From: a virus
Lineage: Duplodnaviria > Caudoviricetes
Length of the DNA: 64,000 bases
Reading direction: 5' to 3' (one strand)
Virus record (IMG/VR): IMGVR_UViG_3300046839_000055
Location: 32,001 to 96,000 of that record
Both the position numbers and the translations under genes were made by a program. Below, piece after piece: positions 30,597-40,940 of this stretch. The notes under the pieces are model-generated. The model ran no database searches and was not told where the DNA came from. It was given only the letters and a program-made list of their open reading frames with translations. Within the stretch, counting starts at the first letter, position 1, and each line of letters starts with the position of its first letter.

Positions 30597-30758
30597 TTAA
30601 ATACGGCGTCTTAATTTCATATTTATGAGCTGCGCCTGAATCAATGTCGGAATCAATTTGTTCAATGCCACATGATGTCGGTCAGAAATCTTCTGCAGAT
30701 CCACAAGAAGACTTTCCTCAAGATCAATAGCAACCTGCTTTGTAGGCTCTTTTTCCAT
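30597..30758 (-). CDS. Small RHH/CopG-like protein
   Basis: KQVAIDLEESLLVDLQKIS...LNKLI pattern. Confidence 0.45.
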   Translation of the reverse strand: MEKEPTKQVAIDLEESLLVDLQKISDRHHVALNKLIPTLIQAQLINMKLRRRI

Positions 30759-30782
30759 ATTCTCTACACTACACCTCCCCAT

Positions 30783-32174
30783 TCATTTTATTTGTTTCCT
30801 GTCTTTGCTTTCAACGTTCTCTCCCTGCTCTTTGAGGATCATCTCCGCATTTCTTCTCGCATTGGCAAGATCTCTCATCCTCTCTCGAGCCGTGCGGTAC
30901 TGGGCATACTCCGCATTCTTTTCCTTGGCAAGACGGCTGAACTCCTCATTCAGCTCCGCAACTCTTGGAATCTTCTTAAGTCCCAGCTGATCAAAGGCAT
31001 CCTTCGCTGCTTTGTGCAGTGTGATTTCTTCCCGATGGACTTCAAAGAAATTCCTGCTGTACCTTGCCTTCCGGTATGCCGTGTAGATGTCGCGTGTCTT
31101 GCTGTAGTTGATGATATGCATTCGCAGCTCCCGGATCTCCTGCATCCGTTCCTCTTTTTGTTTGATGTCGGAAAGCAGATGATCCGTCTGCGCTGCCGCT
31201 TCCTTTGCAAGCCGCTCCAGTTGCTCATAATCGTGGATACCGTTCTCCTGCAGAAACAGCAGAACTTTTGCCATCTGCTTCAAGTTAAAGACCTTTGCCC
31301 AGCGCTGATAACCAGCTCCCTTGCCCTGCTGAATCTTTTCCTGCAGATCAATCAACAGGTCGATTTTCTGGCGTTTGCCGGGTGTATGCTGCACAGAAGT
31401 TCCCTTCTGTGCGTTCTCCAAGATCTGTATCAGATCCTGTGTCCGGAAGCCCACATGCAGCGAATCAAGGCGGATAAATCGTTTCTGTGCTCTGCCCTTA
31501 ACAGCGATGTGTTTTCCGCGTTTGATCTCGTATCCTTCCTGACGGAGCAAGTCCAGAAATGTCTCCAGGTCTTTCGGTTTCTTTTTCAGGACTTCCGTGA
31601 TCACGGCTTCTAATTCACTGCGGATCGTATGCCGCTTGGGATAGACTGTTCTCTTGTTTCGCTCTGCATAGGGCTTTCTTTGAATGATGCTGTAACCATG
31701 TTCGAAGCAGAGGATATCCGAAAGTCGCTGCAGTGCGATGCCGGAGAAAAAGAAGTTCTTGAACTTATGGGTATGATCAAGATCGATGGAATTGAAGATG
31801 ATATGATTATGGATATGTGTCTTGTCGGTATGCGTTGAGACTGTGAATGCATGTCGTCCTTTGGTAAAACGCATGGCAAGTTCATAGCCTATTTTGTTGG
31901 CATCCTCCGGCGTGATCTCGCCGGGTTTGAAGGACTGCCGGATCTGATATGCGATGATATCCCCCCTGTACTCTCTGCCGGTGATCTCCTGATACTGCCG
32001 CCTTGCAAGCAGGAATTCTTCTGCAGTGGTCTCCGGCTGACACGCATATGCCGTGATAAGCTCTCCGTCTTCCGTCTTTTCCGGATTCTGTGAATATTCA
32101 AGCCGCTCATGCATGCTTGCAGATGCACCTTTACTCTTGTTCACATGCAGAGCGATCAGTCTTGTCGCTGCCAT
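30783..32174 (-). CDS. MobP-type relaxase
   Basis: Y.QNPEKT, AYQIRQSFKPGE, HTDKTHIHNHIIFN three-His motif. Confidence 0.95.
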   Translation of the reverse strand: MAATRLIALHVNKSKGASASMHERLEYSQNPEKTEDGELITAYACQPETTAEEFLLARRQYQEITGREYRGDIIAYQIRQSFKPGEITPEDANKIGYELAMRFTKGRHAFTVSTHTDKTHIHNHIIFNSIDLDHTHKFKNFFFSGIALQRLSDILCFEHGYSIIQRKPYAERNKRTVYPKRHTIRSELEAVITEVLKKKPKDLETFLDLLRQEGYEIKRGKHIAVKGRAQKRFIRLDSLHVGFRTQDLIQILENAQKGTSVQHTPGKRQKIDLLIDLQEKIQQGKGAGYQRWAKVFNLKQMAKVLLFLQENGIHDYEQLERLAKEAAAQTDHLLSDIKQKEERMQEIRELRMHIINYSKTRDIYTAYRKARYSRNFFEVHREEITLHKAAKDAFDQLGLKKIPRVAELNEEFSRLAKEKNAEYAQYRTARERMRDLANARRNAEMILKEQGENVESKDRKQIK

Positions 32175-32194
32175 TTTCTCCTCCTGATAAGCAT

Positions 32195-32238
32195 AAAAAA
32201 CGGGGACCATCCCACCAAAAGAAGCGGAATAGTCCCCG
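32195..32238 (-). terminator. Terminator-like hairpin just upstream of the relaxase
   Basis: CGGGGAC...GTCCCCG followed by TTTTTT on the minus strand. Confidence 0.55.
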
Positions 32239-32264
32239 GAAAATCATGATTTTATGTTGGTACG

Positions 32265-32558
32265 TTACGAGCGGATGAATCCTCCGATGCCCTCCCTTGC
32301 AAGCTCCAGCAGAACAATGACAACAGCTGCTGCAAAGATCACGAGGAAGCCGGCCACTGCCATTCCTGTCAGGATCAGGCATTGCGTCCATTTCTGTACG
32401 AACAGGAACCAGATATCCCAGCCGATGATAAAGAACATCAGCGGTCCGATGACATAGCTCGAAAGATTGGTCAGAAACTTAAACAGAAGCTCAACAGTCC
32501 CGACAATCAGAAACAGCGGAACTGCGAGGATTTTGAAAATGATGCGAATCGCCAGCAT
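32265..32558 (-). CDS. Small membrane protein (CD1845-like)
   Basis: Hydrophobic ORF between mobC and relaxase. Confidence 0.65.
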   Translation of the reverse strand: MLAIRIIFKILAVPLFLIVGTVELLFKFLTNLSSYVIGPLMFFIIGWDIWFLFVQKWTQCLILTGMAVAGFLVIFAAAVVIVLLELAREGIGGFIRS

Positions 32559-32636
32559 GGTTTCTCTGCCTCCTTTTCCATTGCTGGTTTCAGTAAAACA
32601 GAGCAATCTGATGATTGCAAGGATGTCGATGCGGAA

Positions 32637-32966
32637 TTACCGCACCGCAGAGAGCGCCTCGAGAATTCCTTTTCCCGCCTCCAAGATCCTGCCAAACTGT
32701 TCCTGCAGATCCCGGATGTCCTCTTCATAAATGCTGCCGTCGGTATTTGCACGTTTTGCGTACTGATTCAGGTTGTTCCCGCAGCGCTGCAGAAGGTATA
32801 CCAGCTGTCGGATATCCTTCAGATCCAGATGAATGCAGTAACCCTCCATGACCATCTTGCGGATATATGCGCTTCGATTCTGAATGCCAAGTTCCTTCAT
32901 CCTCTCGTCGATCCGCTGCAATTCCTCACCAGTAAACCGAAAGCAGATGATCTCCTCTCTCTTCAT
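32637..32966 (-). CDS. mobC: Relaxosome protein MobC
   Basis: NRSAYIRKM..G and GNNLNQYAKRAN. Confidence 0.9.
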   Translation of the reverse strand: MKREEIICFRFTGEELQRIDERMKELGIQNRSAYIRKMVMEGYCIHLDLKDIRQLVYLLQRCGNNLNQYAKRANTDGSIYEEDIRDLQEQFGRILEAGKGILEALSAVR

Positions 32967-33166
32967 GGCTCCTGCATACCGATGCTTTCAAACTCCTGCT
33001 CAGAGATTTGCTGCAATTTTCCAATCACACTGGCAAGCATCTGGTCCAGATCTGTCTCATCCGCCTGCAGTTTCCCCTGTACTTTCTTCATGGCAATGAT
33101 GGTATCCTGCAGGCTGTTCTCTCCATAAAGCATCAGCAGAATCTTTTCATCCTGATTCCATTCCAT
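32963..33166 (-). CDS. Transposon-transfer assisting family protein
   Basis: DEKILLMLY..SL.DTI..M...KLQQISEQEF pattern. Confidence 0.7.
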   Translation of the reverse strand: MEWNQDEKILLMLYGENSLQDTIIAMKKVQGKLQADETDLDQMLASVIGKLQQISEQEFESIGMQEP

Positions 33167-33174
33167 ATCCTCTC

Positions 33175-33789
33175 CTATTCCCTGTTCCTCTCCGGAGGCT
33201 TCAGCCCGAAAAACGGAGATGTTTCCTTCTCACGCATCCCATTCAGTTGCTCCAGAACAGATTCCTTTTTCTTCTCGCATTTGCACGGCATCGTTTCCTC
33301 CGGAATGTTGTTCACCACACCGTCGAGCATATTATCATTCTGCTCCAGCATGTCCTCCAGTGTGCGGAGGTGGTTCTTCTGAGAATAAAAGCCCTCGAGC
33401 GGCGTGAATCCTACTGCATCCACATAATGCGCGGAAACCAATCCGTTCTGCCGCAGCATCACCACGTCGCTGACCGAGAGACTATGCCCATAGAAATCAT
33501 CCGGACGAGCTACGTTGAATTTCTCATACAATTTTTCCAGCATCACATTCTGATCGGTAAACGGCAGGAGCGGTGCTGCATAGACGACCTCATAGTGATC
33601 AATATCCGGTTCTCTCCCAGCATTCCGCAGACGCTCATAGGACTCAAACCGCACGTCCCTTGTCTCCTCAGAATGACGAAGCTGAAGAATCGCATACGTG
33701 TCGGTACTGTTTGTCAGAAACGCTTCGATCCGGTCCTCCTCCGCTCTTCCGTTGACCTCATCCCATTTCACAATATCTCTGCTCATCAC
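33175..33789 (-). CDS. YodL-like + DUF4316-like protein
   Basis: YAILQL, LYEKFN..RPDDFYGHSLSVSDVV, HYVD.VGF; EQNDNMLDGVVNN. Confidence 0.8.
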   Translation of the reverse strand: MMSRDIVKWDEVNGRAEEDRIEAFLTNSTDTYAILQLRHSEETRDVRFESYERLRNAGREPDIDHYEVVYAAPLLPFTDQNVMLEKLYEKFNVARPDDFYGHSLSVSDVVMLRQNGLVSAHYVDAVGFTPLEGFYSQKNHLRTLEDMLEQNDNMLDGVVNNIPEETMPCKCEKKKESVLEQLNGMREKETSPFFGLKPPERNRE

Positions 33790-34097
33790 AGTTCCTCCAT
33801 GACTGCAAACGGCGAGCCATATACCTTCGCTCTCTCCTTTGCGGCGATACTCTGCTGATGTCTTCGCTCTTCACTGTACGGCTGTCGGATACCGATGCTG
33901 CTTTTCGGCACCGTAAACCGCAGACAGTTCTGCAATCCCTGCTCCTGCAGAATGAAAAGTTCCGGATACTTGATCGAAAGTTTCAAAAGACGCTTTCCGA
34001 TCCTTCGGTCATGGGTATAGATCTCTGCGGTATCGAGTTCATTGTCCCAGCAGATAATTGTCTCCTGCTCTGCGGGAGACAGATGATAATTCTTCAT
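33786..34097 (-). CDS. ICE hypothetical protein
   Basis: Coupled ORF with LS.AEQETII.W motif. Confidence 0.6.
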   Translation of the reverse strand: MKNYHLSPAEQETIICWDNELDTAEIYTHDRRIGKRLLKLSIKYPELFILQEQGLQNCLRFTVPKSSIGIRQPYSEERRHQQSIAAKERAKVYGSPFAVMEEL

Positions 34098-34462
34098 CGC
34101 ATATCCTCCTTGACAAGCACGCAGCTCTCCTTTGCCAGCGCCGGTTTATGTTTCGAGAGTTCCTCAATCCGATCCAGTATCGACTGCTTTTGTTCATGAG
34201 TGAGCTTTCCTCTGCTCTCATAACGGTCCATCAGTCGCAGAATATCTTCCGCTTCCCCGGCAAAATCGCCTTCTTCCTCGACGACCTCCTTCAGATACTC
34301 CCGGAATCCGGAAAGATGTCCTTTCCGCAATTCTTCCCGGATCTGCTCAAAGCCCTCTTCTCTTGTTTCCACAGCGTCCATATAGCCATAGGGATCAAAG
34401 TCATACCCGAACTGATCCAGCTTCGCTGCCAGCTCGTCCAGCGTTACATTTCCTTCTTTCAT
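34094..34462 (-). CDS. ICE hypothetical protein
   Basis: Coupled ORF; LA.KLDQFGYDFDPYGY.D. Confidence 0.6.
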   Translation of the reverse strand: MKEGNVTLDELAAKLDQFGYDFDPYGYMDAVETREEGFEQIREELRKGHLSGFREYLKEVVEEEGDFAGEAEDILRLMDRYESRGKLTHEQKQSILDRIEELSKHKPALAKESCVLVKEDMR

Positions 34463-36528
34463 GTGCTCCTCTTTTCAAATTCCATGCGGAAGGCCGGCCT
34501 CTGCTGATCGTCTGCTGTCATATATAGCATTGCGTTGTACTTCTTCCCTGTCCGCTGGGAAAAGCAGCCCTTCAGGAACGTATGCCCCTCTGACAACAGT
34601 TCCCTGATCATCGGTTCTCTCAGTTCCTGACCAATCTTCCTGAAATACGCATTGTTCTTCCAGAGTCCGAAGCGGCAGCCATCATTGTTGCAGAACCATC
34701 CTTTCTGGGACTCCCTGACCTCTGCCCCGCATACAGGGCATTTTCCTACTGTCTTTCTTTCGTCCATCTTCACAACCTCCTTCTGACCCGTTTCCTGAAC
34801 GATGTTTTTTACCAGCGCTGCAATCTCGCGCATAAAGTCCTCCGGCTGCATCTGGCTCTTTTCGACCTGCAATAGCTTCTGCTCCCATTCTGCGGTCATG
34901 GCTGGAGACCGGATGATCTCCGGCACTGCTTCAATCAGTGCGGTTCCTGTTGCGGTCGGAATCAGGTGTTTCACCTTCTTGTCAGAGACACGCTCCAGAA
35001 AGCTCTTCGAAACCAGCTTCTCGATGATCGCTGCCCTCGTTGCAGGTGTACCCAGTCCTTTCCGCTCCGCCTCATCCGGTGTCTCTCTCGCCCCTGCCTT
35101 CTCCATTGCCGCAAGCAGAGAATCTTCCGTGTAATGCTTTGGCGGTTCTGTCTTTCCCTCCCGGCATTCGGCCTTTGAAAACGGAAGAATAGTTCCTTCC
35201 GGCAGCTTGGGAAGCACCGAAGCTTCCTTTTTCTTCTTGTTGTCAAAGTGCTCTTCAATATGCCTCCAGCCTGCATCCTGCAATGTCTTACCAGCAGCGG
35301 TGAAGGTATCTCCGCCTGCCGTAAGAACTGCTTTTGTCTGCGTATAACTCAGGGGACCGGCAACTGCAGTAAGAAGGCGGCATGCAACCAGCGTCAGCAC
35401 TTCCTTCTCTCCCTTGGAAAGTGAATCAAGCTCTGCGCCTGCCATTGTCTTTGTCGGAATCACCGCATGATGGTCTGAGACCTTGCTACTGTTGATAACC
35501 TGCTCCGGATGAACAGCAAGCTCTCCGGTCCAGCCAAACTTCGCTGCTACAGACTGGCAGAGTTCCGGCAGGATCTCCGCCATATCTCCTGTCAGATATC
35601 TGCTGTCTGTGCGGGGATAGGTGACAAGCTTCTTTTCATATAGGCTCTGCAGATAATCCAGCGTCTGCTTTGCGGTGTAGCCAAGTATTCGGTTTGCTTC
35701 CCGCTGCAGACTCGTGAGATCAAAAAGCTGCGGAGGCTTCTCCGTCTTGCTATGCTCCTCGATCTTCTTTACAAGAGCCTTTCGTTCTTGCATGCATCGT
35801 TCCAGCAGCATTGCTGCCTCATTCTGTACTGCAAATCGCCTGCTCACAGCATCAAAACCGGGCAGATGGAGCGTTACCGTGTAAAACGGGACAGGAACGA
35901 AAGATGCGATTTCCTTTTCCCGTTCCACGGTCAGTGCCAGAGTCGGCGTCATGACTCTGCCAATATTCAGCGTCTTTCCATACAGACATGAAAAAAGCCG
36001 GGTTGCATTGATCCCGACAATCCAGTCGGCACGTTCCCGGCATAGCGCTGATTGGTACAGCGCATCATATGCAGTTGAAGACTGTAGCTTTGCAAATCCT
36101 TCCCGGATCGCCGCATCCTCCATCGAGGAAATCCAGAGGCGATCAAATGGCTTCCGGCATCCGCTCTGCAGGTAGACGAGCCGGAAGATCAGTTCTCCCT
36201 CTCTTCCGGCATCGGTTGCCTCCACAATGCTGTCTACATCCTTTCGCTCCATCAGCTTTTTCAGCAGGCTGTACTGCTTTCGTGTTCCGGAAGAGACGCG
36301 GTACTTCCAATGCTCCGGAAGAATCGGAAGACTCTCCATGTTCCATGTTTTGAAACGAGAATCATACTCCTGCGGCTCTGCAAGCTCTATGAGATGTCCG
36401 AAACACCAGCTCACAAGATATCCGTTTCCCTCAAGATAACCATCCTTCCGGTCACCTGCGTCGATCACTCTGGCAATGCTATGGGCAACGGATGGCTTTT
36501 CCGCTATAACGAGTTTGAATCCCATCAC
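34459..36528 (-). CDS. topB: Type IA DNA topoisomerase III
   Basis: IAEKPS, ATDAGREGELI, GRVMTPTL, TYPRTDS, GLGTPATRA. Confidence 0.95.
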   Translation of the reverse strand: MMGFKLVIAEKPSVAHSIARVIDAGDRKDGYLEGNGYLVSWCFGHLIELAEPQEYDSRFKTWNMESLPILPEHWKYRVSSGTRKQYSLLKKLMERKDVDSIVEATDAGREGELIFRLVYLQSGCRKPFDRLWISSMEDAAIREGFAKLQSSTAYDALYQSALCRERADWIVGINATRLFSCLYGKTLNIGRVMTPTLALTVEREKEIASFVPVPFYTVTLHLPGFDAVSRRFAVQNEAAMLLERCMQERKALVKKIEEHSKTEKPPQLFDLTSLQREANRILGYTAKQTLDYLQSLYEKKLVTYPRTDSRYLTGDMAEILPELCQSVAAKFGWTGELAVHPEQVINSSKVSDHHAVIPTKTMAGAELDSLSKGEKEVLTLVACRLLTAVAGPLSYTQTKAVLTAGGDTFTAAGKTLQDAGWRHIEEHFDNKKKKEASVLPKLPEGTILPFSKAECREGKTEPPKHYTEDSLLAAMEKAGARETPDEAERKGLGTPATRAAIIEKLVSKSFLERVSDKKVKHLIPTATGTALIEAVPEIIRSPAMTAEWEQKLLQVEKSQMQPEDFMREIAALVKNIVQETGQKEVVKMDERKTVGKCPVCGAEVRESQKGWFCNNDGCRFGLWKNNAYFRKIGQELREPMIRELLSEGHTFLKGCFSQRTGKKYNAMLYMTADDQQRPAFRMEFEKRST

Positions 36529-36639
36529 AGCACCTCTTCCCGGTTAGTGAGCGACGGTTTCTTTGCCGGTGCGGACTTCTTGTTTACCGACGCTTTCAGC
36601 TCTGCGCAGATAGACTTTTTCGGATGGTCTGCATTTACA

Positions 36640-36687
36640 CCGACATTTAGACCGACATTTCTTCCGACATTTGTACCGACATCTGCC
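36640..36687. repeat. Four tandem 12-bp repeats (CCGACAT core)
   Basis: ccgacatttaga / ccgacatttctt / ccgacatttgta / ccgacatctgcc. Confidence 0.8.
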
Positions 36688-37046
36688 CGGGTTTCAGTTG
36701 TTGCCGCCACTTCCACAATAGATTCCTTGCCCTTTGCTTTCTCCTTCTGAAGATCGAACAGATGCCCGTCAATCTTTCCGATCAGATCACTTGCTGCAGA
36801 GCGGATCGTCTCAAGCGATGCCTTCAGCTCTGTCGTTTCACGTCCCGTGGACCAACCGGCGATATACCCGAAGGAGTAGTCCGAGGTTTCAATGCCGTAA
36901 TGCTGGCAGACGGTATAGGCAACACTCTCCGCCTCAAATGGATACATTAACATTTGAGGCGTTATACTCAGCATTCCAAAATGTTAATCATTTTAAAGAA
37001 TGCTGAGAAATAAGACGTTTTACTACTAAAAAATGAGCATTATTCG

Positions 37047-38084
37047 TTAGCGCAATCCACAAAGTCTTGCCATTTCATCTTCGTTGCCCTCCCACATTGG
37101 TGCTTCATCAGATACAGGTGTTGGAACAGATTCCATTGCGTCTCTAAGCTGTTCAACCGATGGCTTTGCATAGTAGCTTTTGGTTGTATCAGTTCTGGCA
37201 TGTCCTAATACTGTAGAAACAAGCTCAATGGCGATTCCATCCTGATAAAGATTTGTGGCTCTGGTCCGGCGGAACATGTGACAGTGAACCGAATTCGGAA
37301 GGCTAATCCCTGTTTCACTGACAAGAGCTGCATATTTTTTTATAATCCGCTGGACATTTCCAACGGACATCCTGTCTGTTACACCTTTTATCGTTGTGGA
37401 AAATAAATATGCTTCTTTGGAAGAATTACTGTGATATACACGTATATATTCCCTAAGGTGTTCGACTGCTTTAGCTGTTAATTGTATGGTTCTCTCTTTG
37501 TTACCTTTGCCGGTTATGAAAATATTGGGATATTTTGATTCCATTGCGATATCACATAAGCGAATGTTAAGCAGCTCACTGATTCTTACAGCTGTATCGT
37601 AGAGAAGAATCAAAATAGCACGGTCTCGTACACCGAATTTCGTATTCGGCGGTGCGGACAGTATTGCAGCAAGTGCATCATCGGACAGAATAGGTTTTTC
37701 TTTTTTAATGGTTTTGCATGGTGAGATCTGACTGATTGCCAGGGCAACTGATTGGATTGATATGTCCATATCCGAGGCATAGTTCAGATAGGCACGGATA
37801 GCCGCAACTCTTACATTTACAGTGGATGGCTGGCTGCCATTTGCAAGCAGATATTCTCTAAAATTATAAATACATTCTTTGGTGCAATCGGAAAACTGAA
37901 AGGTACTTATGGACTTACCTAATTCACCTACAAGGTAGTTTTTAAATATTGTAAGGGAATCCCTGTAGGATTCTGCTGTAGCCTGACTGCGCCCGGCCTG
38001 CTTTACCAAATAAACATTTAGAAAGTTCCATGTTTGAGAAAAGAACAGCTGGTCAGTCGATATCTTTGCTGATTTATTCTTCAT
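37047..38084 (-). CDS. Tyrosine recombinase, RitC-like
   Basis: AVRISE, GKGNKER, HMFRR, LGHA...T..YY. Confidence 0.93.
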   Translation of the reverse strand: MKNKSAKISTDQLFFSQTWNFLNVYLVKQAGRSQATAESYRDSLTIFKNYLVGELGKSISTFQFSDCTKECIYNFREYLLANGSQPSTVNVRVAAIRAYLNYASDMDISIQSVALAISQISPCKTIKKEKPILSDDALAAILSAPPNTKFGVRDRAILILLYDTAVRISELLNIRLCDIAMESKYPNIFITGKGNKERTIQLTAKAVEHLREYIRVYHSNSSKEAYLFSTTIKGVTDRMSVGNVQRIIKKYAALVSETGISLPNSVHCHMFRRTRATNLYQDGIAIELVSTVLGHARTDTTKSYYAKPSVEQLRDAMESVPTPVSDEAPMWEGNEDEMARLCGLR

Positions 38085-39042
38085 AGGGAATCACCTCCGG
38101 AATGACCTTTCCAGACACTGAATCTTTCTCTCGGATAGTATCAAATGCCTTTTCTACAAGATGATAGTAATAATACGTTTCATCAGGACTTTTGTGTCCA
38201 AGGTATCTGCTTAAATATGGGAGCATAGTGTTTGTATCAATTCCCTGATGCATCCACTCATTAAATCTCTCTACTACAAAAGCATGGCGTAAACAGTGGG
38301 GTGTCGGATGTTTATCAATCATCTTGGCAACCGGAAGCATAGCCCAATGGCGGTTAAAACTTGATTCCACTCCAGAGCACGAAACAGGCTTATGTGGATC
38401 TTTTCCCGGAAAAGCCCAGTCAATTCCGGGGAAAAGCATTTCCTGATGTTCTTTATAGTTTTTAAGTACCGGAAGGCTATCCTGTGGAAGATATACAAGG
38501 CGGTCCTTGTTACCTTTTGAGCCAAGGACAGTAAGGATTCCTTTATCCAAGTCTATGTGCTCCCATTTTAGCAATCGCCCTTCTGACAGACGCAGACCAC
38601 AGCAAAATAACAAGAGAAAAAGAATCTTGCACTCTCTATCGAGTCTAAATTGTTCTGAATTATGAGACGTGCGGATATCCATTTTCTGTAGCAGTTCCTT
38701 AACTTCCTCTTTTGATGGAATGTAAAGAACCGGACGATAAGCCTTGCAGAAAAAATTAGGAATGTATGCTTCCTGACCAAGGGAAAGAATATATTCACTC
38801 AGCACTTTCACTATCGACATACGGCGATTATGATAGGCATCTCCTTCGCCTGGTCTGGCTTCAGACCATTTGGCTGCCATTTCATAGGTGACTGTTGTCA
38901 GTTCCGGATAATTCTGTACGCAAAAGGTATCAAAGCGTTTTAACAGCTTTTCTTCGGAATTATAGGCATATCCATCAGCTCTCTTTTGCTGTATAAGTCC
39001 TTCGATATGATGTGCCAGACCGCTCTCAAAAATGTATGTCAT
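38074..39042 (-). CDS. Tyrosine recombinase, RitB-like
   Basis: GLRLSE, HCLRH, LSRYLGH..PDETYYY. Confidence 0.93.
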   Translation of the reverse strand: MTYIFESGLAHHIEGLIQQKRADGYAYNSEEKLLKRFDTFCVQNYPELTTVTYEMAAKWSEARPGEGDAYHNRRMSIVKVLSEYILSLGQEAYIPNFFCKAYRPVLYIPSKEEVKELLQKMDIRTSHNSEQFRLDRECKILFLLLFCCGLRLSEGRLLKWEHIDLDKGILTVLGSKGNKDRLVYLPQDSLPVLKNYKEHQEMLFPGIDWAFPGKDPHKPVSCSGVESSFNRHWAMLPVAKMIDKHPTPHCLRHAFVVERFNEWMHQGIDTNTMLPYLSRYLGHKSPDETYYYYHLVEKAFDTIREKDSVSGKVIPEVIPYEE

Positions 39043-40940
39043 GATAAAACACCTCCAAATTCCAGAGGGCAGAGCCTCATTTTATCTTCGTCACGTTCAA
39101 GATATACCTCAGCAGTTTCCTGACGTGCATGCCCGAGAGCATTAGAAATATCATCAAGTTTGTTGTCTGCCCGAAGCATTCTTGTGGCAAATGTTTTTCG
39201 TGTCATATGAAAGCCCTGACCAGCAGATAATTCAAATCCATATTCAGCAAGTATTCTTTTTAAAGCTCCACGGCACGCCGTTGTAACTTTAAGCGGGAAA
39301 TATGGTGCCTGATGGCGGATAAATATATATCCGTTGCCTGTGACAGCCGATTCCGGGCGTCCATTCATGATGTATTTATATACTGAATTACCTACATCTG
39401 TTGGAACTGGAAGCGTTATTGCTTTTCTTGTTTTCTGCTGAATGAAAGAAACCGTTTTGTTTTTCCAGTCAAAATCATTTACCTGAAGCTTTAGGATGTC
39501 TGCTCCCCTGATACCCATTCGAAGTCCAAGCATGACCATGGCTGTGTCCCTGAGTTCCATGGGAGTAGAAGCTTTCTCACGATATTCATATATTTTCTCG
39601 ACCATATCATCGCTCAGAACATCAACTATGCTGCGATGAGGAGCACAGCTTGCAGATACTGCAAAAGCAAGTGTTGGTGAAATCAGATCCTGGTCAGCCA
39701 TGTACCGTAGAAGCTGACGAAGCTTGGTTCCATATGCATTTTTACTTTCCGGGGTCGAATGGACATCATGGTTATGAAATGCTTTAACTACATCGGGTGT
39801 TATGGAAACTGGATTATCTATTCCATTGTCTTCAAGATATTTGAAGAAACGGCATCCGGCTGCCCTGCACATGGTAAGTGTCTTATCGGTCATTCCATCC
39901 CGCCTGCGGCTTTCTATGAAACCATCAAGGATGCTTTTACTCCATGATGGAAGATGATCAGACGCACGCTTCGGCTCAGCGATTATGTTGGATTCCATTA
40001 TGCCCTGGAGATACTTTTCAAACATTCTGATAGTGTGTGAACGATGAGCTGATACGGAACAGCTGGCTTTGATCTGATTCGGACAATCCGGAAGTATATC
40101 TATCCATGATGTCACAGTTCCTGCCGAGTGTTCCAGATGGTTAAGTTCCAGGAACATGAAATACCATGTGAAATCATTGCGATAAACAGCTTTTGATGAT
40201 TCCCTATATTTCCAATCGTCCAGAGCGTCAAGATATTCATCAGCTTTAAGCTCAAGAGGTACACTCGGATGAAATGCGGTACCTGTTTTAGAAAGTCTCA
40301 TATTAAGCAGTTTTTCAACGTTCTCACCAAAAAGAACCAGCTGATAACACTCTGGAACATCACCTCTGCGGTGAAGATATTTCATAAGTGCTGTCATGGC
40401 ACATACGGCGTTCTGACGTCTGGCAAGAGATTTACGGGATTTGCAGTAAGTATTCCAGTATTCGATAAGAGTATCTATTGTTATTGCTTCCGGCTCTGTA
40501 ACTCCAAGGGAAGTAGCAAGCCTAAAGAACTCTTTGATGGCAACAGAATACGTATGGTAATAGCAGGGATTCTGTGTGGTCGCATAGTATTCTTCCAACT
40601 CATATGTCAGGCGAAAAAAGGATTCCGACATTCCGCTTCGGCAGAAAAAACTGTCTTCTGAGCGGCAGAAAGAATTTTTGATATTTCCAAAGAGCAGGTA
40701 ATGCTCAAGACGGAACAGGGCATTTCTATATTGAGAACACGTCTCATGGGAAATTTCCTGTTTTTTAATCTCAAGCCAGTCCAGTGCGGCATCCATTGAA
40801 AAAGGAATGCCCTTATCCATCAGGTACTTGAAGAGTGTAGTATAACAGGTTCTGTGCATGTCTATATTTTTACATGCACTGTCTGGCTGCTTCATCATAT
40901 TAAGAACTGATGAAATAGCATCTAAATAGTTTATTTGCAT
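39039..40940 (-). CDS. Tyrosine recombinase, RitA-like (long N-terminus)
   Basis: GIRGAD, QQKT, HMTRKT, LGHARQETAEVY. Confidence 0.93.
   Translation of the reverse strand: MQINYLDAISSVLNMMKQPDSACKNIDMHRTCYTTLFKYLMDKGIPFSMDAALDWLEIKKQEISHETCSQYRNALFRLEHYLLFGNIKNSFCRSEDSFFCRSGMSESFFRLTYELEEYYATTQNPCYYHTYSVAIKEFFRLATSLGVTEPEAITIDTLIEYWNTYCKSRKSLARRQNAVCAMTALMKYLHRRGDVPECYQLVLFGENVEKLLNMRLSKTGTAFHPSVPLELKADEYLDALDDWKYRESSKAVYRNDFTWYFMFLELNHLEHSAGTVTSWIDILPDCPNQIKASCSVSAHRSHTIRMFEKYLQGIMESNIIAEPKRASDHLPSWSKSILDGFIESRRRDGMTDKTLTMCRAAGCRFFKYLEDNGIDNPVSITPDVVKAFHNHDVHSTPESKNAYGTKLRQLLRYMADQDLISPTLAFAVSASCAPHRSIVDVLSDDMVEKIYEYREKASTPMELRDTAMVMLGLRMGIRGADILKLQVNDFDWKNKTVSFIQQKTRKAITLPVPTDVGNSVYKYIMNGRPESAVTGNGYIFIRHQAPYFPLKVTTACRGALKRILAEYGFELSAGQGFHMTRKTFATRMLRADNKLDDISNALGHARQETAEVYLERDEDKMRLCPLEFGGVLS

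Noticed and set aside
36525-36974. 149-aa ORF (and 41034-42308) as independent genes
   Set aside because: They are the two halves of the RIT-split JAB-ArdC gene, with termini borrowed from the RIT ends.
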